Shown: piece after piece, positions 61,380 through 64,000 of the stretch
Layout: each line of letters starts with the position of its first letter
Numbering within the stretch: position 1 is the stretch's first letter
Position numbers and translations under genes: made by a program
The notes under the pieces: model-generated
Database searches by the model: none
Seen by the model: the letters and a program-made list of their open reading frames with translations, nothing else
What the model was told of the DNA's origin: nothing
Source: Mobula hypostoma
Lineage: Eukaryota
Length of the DNA stretch: 64,000 bases
Assembly (NCBI RefSeq): GCF_963921235.1
Contig: NC_086108.1
Coordinates: forward strand, 71,674,001-71,738,000
Reading direction: 5' to 3'

Positions 61380-62347
61380 GTGTACATTGCACTGAAAACA
61401 GTTTATTAAAGAGCATTTTTAGGCTGTTGTCAGCCCATTAGTGATTAGTGCCCTTGATGTGAGAGAAGCAGGCATCTTTGTGCTCTTTTGCTTGGAAAAT
61501 AATGTAACCTATTAGGTGTCAATACTTGGGCTGAGAGTACTTCCATAACATCTTGTGCTTTCTTCTTTGAAACAGAGTTTTGTGATGAGGCTGAACTCCA
61601 AGCATTTGGACAAAAGAAGCCTTTAGAGATGACCTGCTTTATTCTTTCCTTGCTAATTGTACCTTGCCAAATGGTTGTTTCCCTTTGCACTTTGGTGTTT
61701 CAAATGGGAAGATCAATTTGTGTCCATTTTGGGATGCAGACAAGGGGACTTTTCAAGATCACCATTTTAGTAGGCCTTGTCCAAATCTTCAAACTTTGGT
61801 GCATGTGCACTGATAACCAAAGTGTGCTGGTTCCATATTGGGTGAGTGAAAGGATCATAGCTGTGCAGGACTTCTGCAAAATCCTCCAAGGTAACTGGAA
61901 AGAAAAGCAAATTGACATCTGTATCTTACCTCAGGCCAATATACTCCATATCAACGATCTAGTGGTATTCAGTCAGTCACACTGGGCAGACTTCACATCC
62001 AACACCAGATTCCCGAAGTCGACATGCATTTCTGAGCTCTATTGTGGATAGAGTTTTCCATGCAGAAGGATGTGCTCAAAACCTCCTGGAAGTTGTGCAA
62101 CATTCCCATGGACTCTTGGGTGTCTTTGATCCCAGTCCATTCAGAAGCGTTGAAAAAGCATTCTGCGTTGTACTTAGAACCTTAAGTCTGAACTGTGGGA
62201 GGAGGACTTCAGTTTGGAATGTATCCACCTTCCTGCTTTGTTGGTATTTTCCTACCCGATGTACGGTGTCTAAAGAAGCCAATAGATTTTCAATGTTGAC
62301 TATGTCAGCCACTTTGTAACCCACAAAACGTGAAGTCATCATCAATT
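61380..62347 (-). other. Candidate terminal exon of an unidentified convergent gene
   Basis: Minus-strand acceptor CTTCTTCCTCCTTTGCCTTAG| at 62348, ~1 kb of unique sequence, AATAAA at 61407-61402. Product not recognised. Confidence 0.3.
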
Positions 62348-62759
62348 CTAAGGCAAAGGAGGAAGAAGTATATATAAAAATATTTAAGAAATCTCAACTT
62401 GAGTTAATAATTTGTGAATATATTTACACTCAATCTGAACTCTATTTTATTACAGTCTGCCCTTGGTTACAAGTTGCATGGAAACTCATTTGGCTCATGT
62501 TGTAATCAAATACAATCACGCAGTGAAATTGTATTATAGGCATAGTTTGAACAAGCCAGGTAATATCGTTATGGTCCGTAAAATTCCATTGTATTATTAT
62601 GTGGAAACACAACTCAGCTGTATTTCAGACGCATTGATTGTAGTTAAGATTTCATTCAGTGCCACAGTTTTTGACCCAAGACTTGTAGGGAGGTTGTTTT
62701 TCCTCCCCAGCTCTGATTTGATGTCACTGTATTGCTAGATAGCACTTTGCTAGTGTCTT

Positions 62760-63150
62760 TAATACCGGTTTCTTAAGTTGTACTGTGAAAATTTCTACAG
62801 GTGTACCGTGGAAAGCAGTCTAATTGACTGCATCACCTTCTGGTATGGAAGGGCCTCTGCAGCAGATCAGAAAAAGCCGCAGAGGGTTGTACACTCAGCC
62901 AGCTGGATCCTAAGCACGAGCCTCCCTACCATTGAGGACCTCTTCAAAAGGTAATACCTCAAAAAGGCAGCATCCGTCATAGAGGGCCACCAGCACCCAG
63001 GACGTGCCCTCTTCTCATTGCTACCATTGAGGAAGTGGTACAGGAGTCTGAAGACACTTGCTGAACATATTAGGAACTGCTTCTTCCCTCTGCCATCAGA
63101 TTCTGAATGGACGATGAACCCATGTACACTACCCCACTATTTTTTCTCTC
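62760..63150 (+). mobile_element. Rex1/Babar 3' fragment
   Basis: Similar to other Rex1 ends (LLPLRKWYRSLKT..RNCFFP). Confidence 0.75.
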
Positions 63151-63204
63151 TTTTTGCATATATATACATTAAAAAATATCCTTTTCCTTTTTGTTTCCAG
63201 AAAC

Positions 63205-64000
63205 ACAGCCATGATTGGGATCTCTTCTGGGGGAAGTATGACCGGTTCACAAAGGACAGGTTACACCTGAGCCCGAAGGGGACCAATATCCTGGCAGGAA
63301 AGTTTAATAGAGCTGTTAGGGAGGGTTTAAACTAATTTGGCAGGGAGATGGGAACCAGAATGACAGAGCGGAGGAAGGGGAAAACAGAAATAAATCTAAG
63401 ATAGTGAGCAGTAAAGATGTCAGGAAAGACAGGCAGGTGATGGGGCAAATTTGTAGCCATTGGGATGAGTTGCAGTGCAATAAAGTTGCAGTGAAATCAA
63501 AGCAAAAAGTATCAAATACTGGTCTTAAGGTGTTGTACTTAAATGCACGCAGCATGAGGAATAAGGTGGATGATCTTGTTGTACAGCTACAGATTGGCAG
63601 GTATGATATTGTGGCCATCACTGAGACCTGGCTAAAGGATGCATGTCTCTGGGAGCTGAAAGTCCAAGAACACACAGTGTATCGGAAGGATAGGAAGGTA
63701 GGCAGAGGGGGAGGCATGGCTTTATTGGTAAGAAATGATATTAAATCATTAGAAAAAGGTGATGTAGGATCGGAAGGTGCAGAATCTTTATGGGTTGAGC
63801 TAAGAAATCACAGGGGTAAAAGGACCCTGATGGCAGTTATTTATAGGCCTCCAAACAGCTGCAGGGATGTGGACTACAAATTACAACTGGAAATAGAAAA
63901 GGCTTGTCAGAAGGGCAGTGTAATGATAATTGGGGAATTTAACATGCGAGTGGATTGGGAAAATCAGGTCGGCACTGGATCTCAAGAGAGAGAGAGTTTG
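63205..64000 (+). mobile_element. CR1 LINE ORF1 end and ORF2 endonuclease start, running off the window
   Basis: DWDLFWGKYDRFTKDRLHLSPKGTNILAG; LYLNARSMRNK..VAITETW..YRPP. Confidence 0.9.

Noticed and set aside
62695..62740. SDLMSLYC* as a TSPAN1 last exon
   Set aside because: Weak similarity, wrong strand for the expected convergent arrangement, and no upstream tetraspanin exons found.

Overview
Vertebrate nuclear DNA. The repeat landscape (CR1, Rex1/Babar, Neptune-type Penelope, tRNA-SINEs) suggests a cartilaginous fish, probably a ray; this is inferred. The only identifiable host gene is the 3' part of POMGNT1 (protein O-mannose beta-1,2-N-acetylglucosaminyltransferase 1) on the + strand. 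It has 13 GT-AG exons between 2542 and 39341 (1089 nt, 362 aa plus stop) that splice into one open frame, and the ORF track largely misses them. The long introns and the downstream region are mostly filled by nested, decayed transposons. Main points of interest: (1) a degraded ERV-L/Fv1-like (class III) retroviral gag with PPT and LTR inside a POMGNT1 intron; (2) four mutated copies of a minimal hammerhead ribozyme in Penelope terminal repeats, whose consensus is intact; (3) an EDD rather than EED metal-binding motif in POMGNT1; (4) an inverted pair of closely similar CR1s flanking two exons; (5) several insertions with resolvable junctions, including a Tigger in the CR1 endonuclease SDH motif; (6) a candidate terminal exon of a convergent gene. 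All homology calls were made by eye from remembered motifs; no searches were run.
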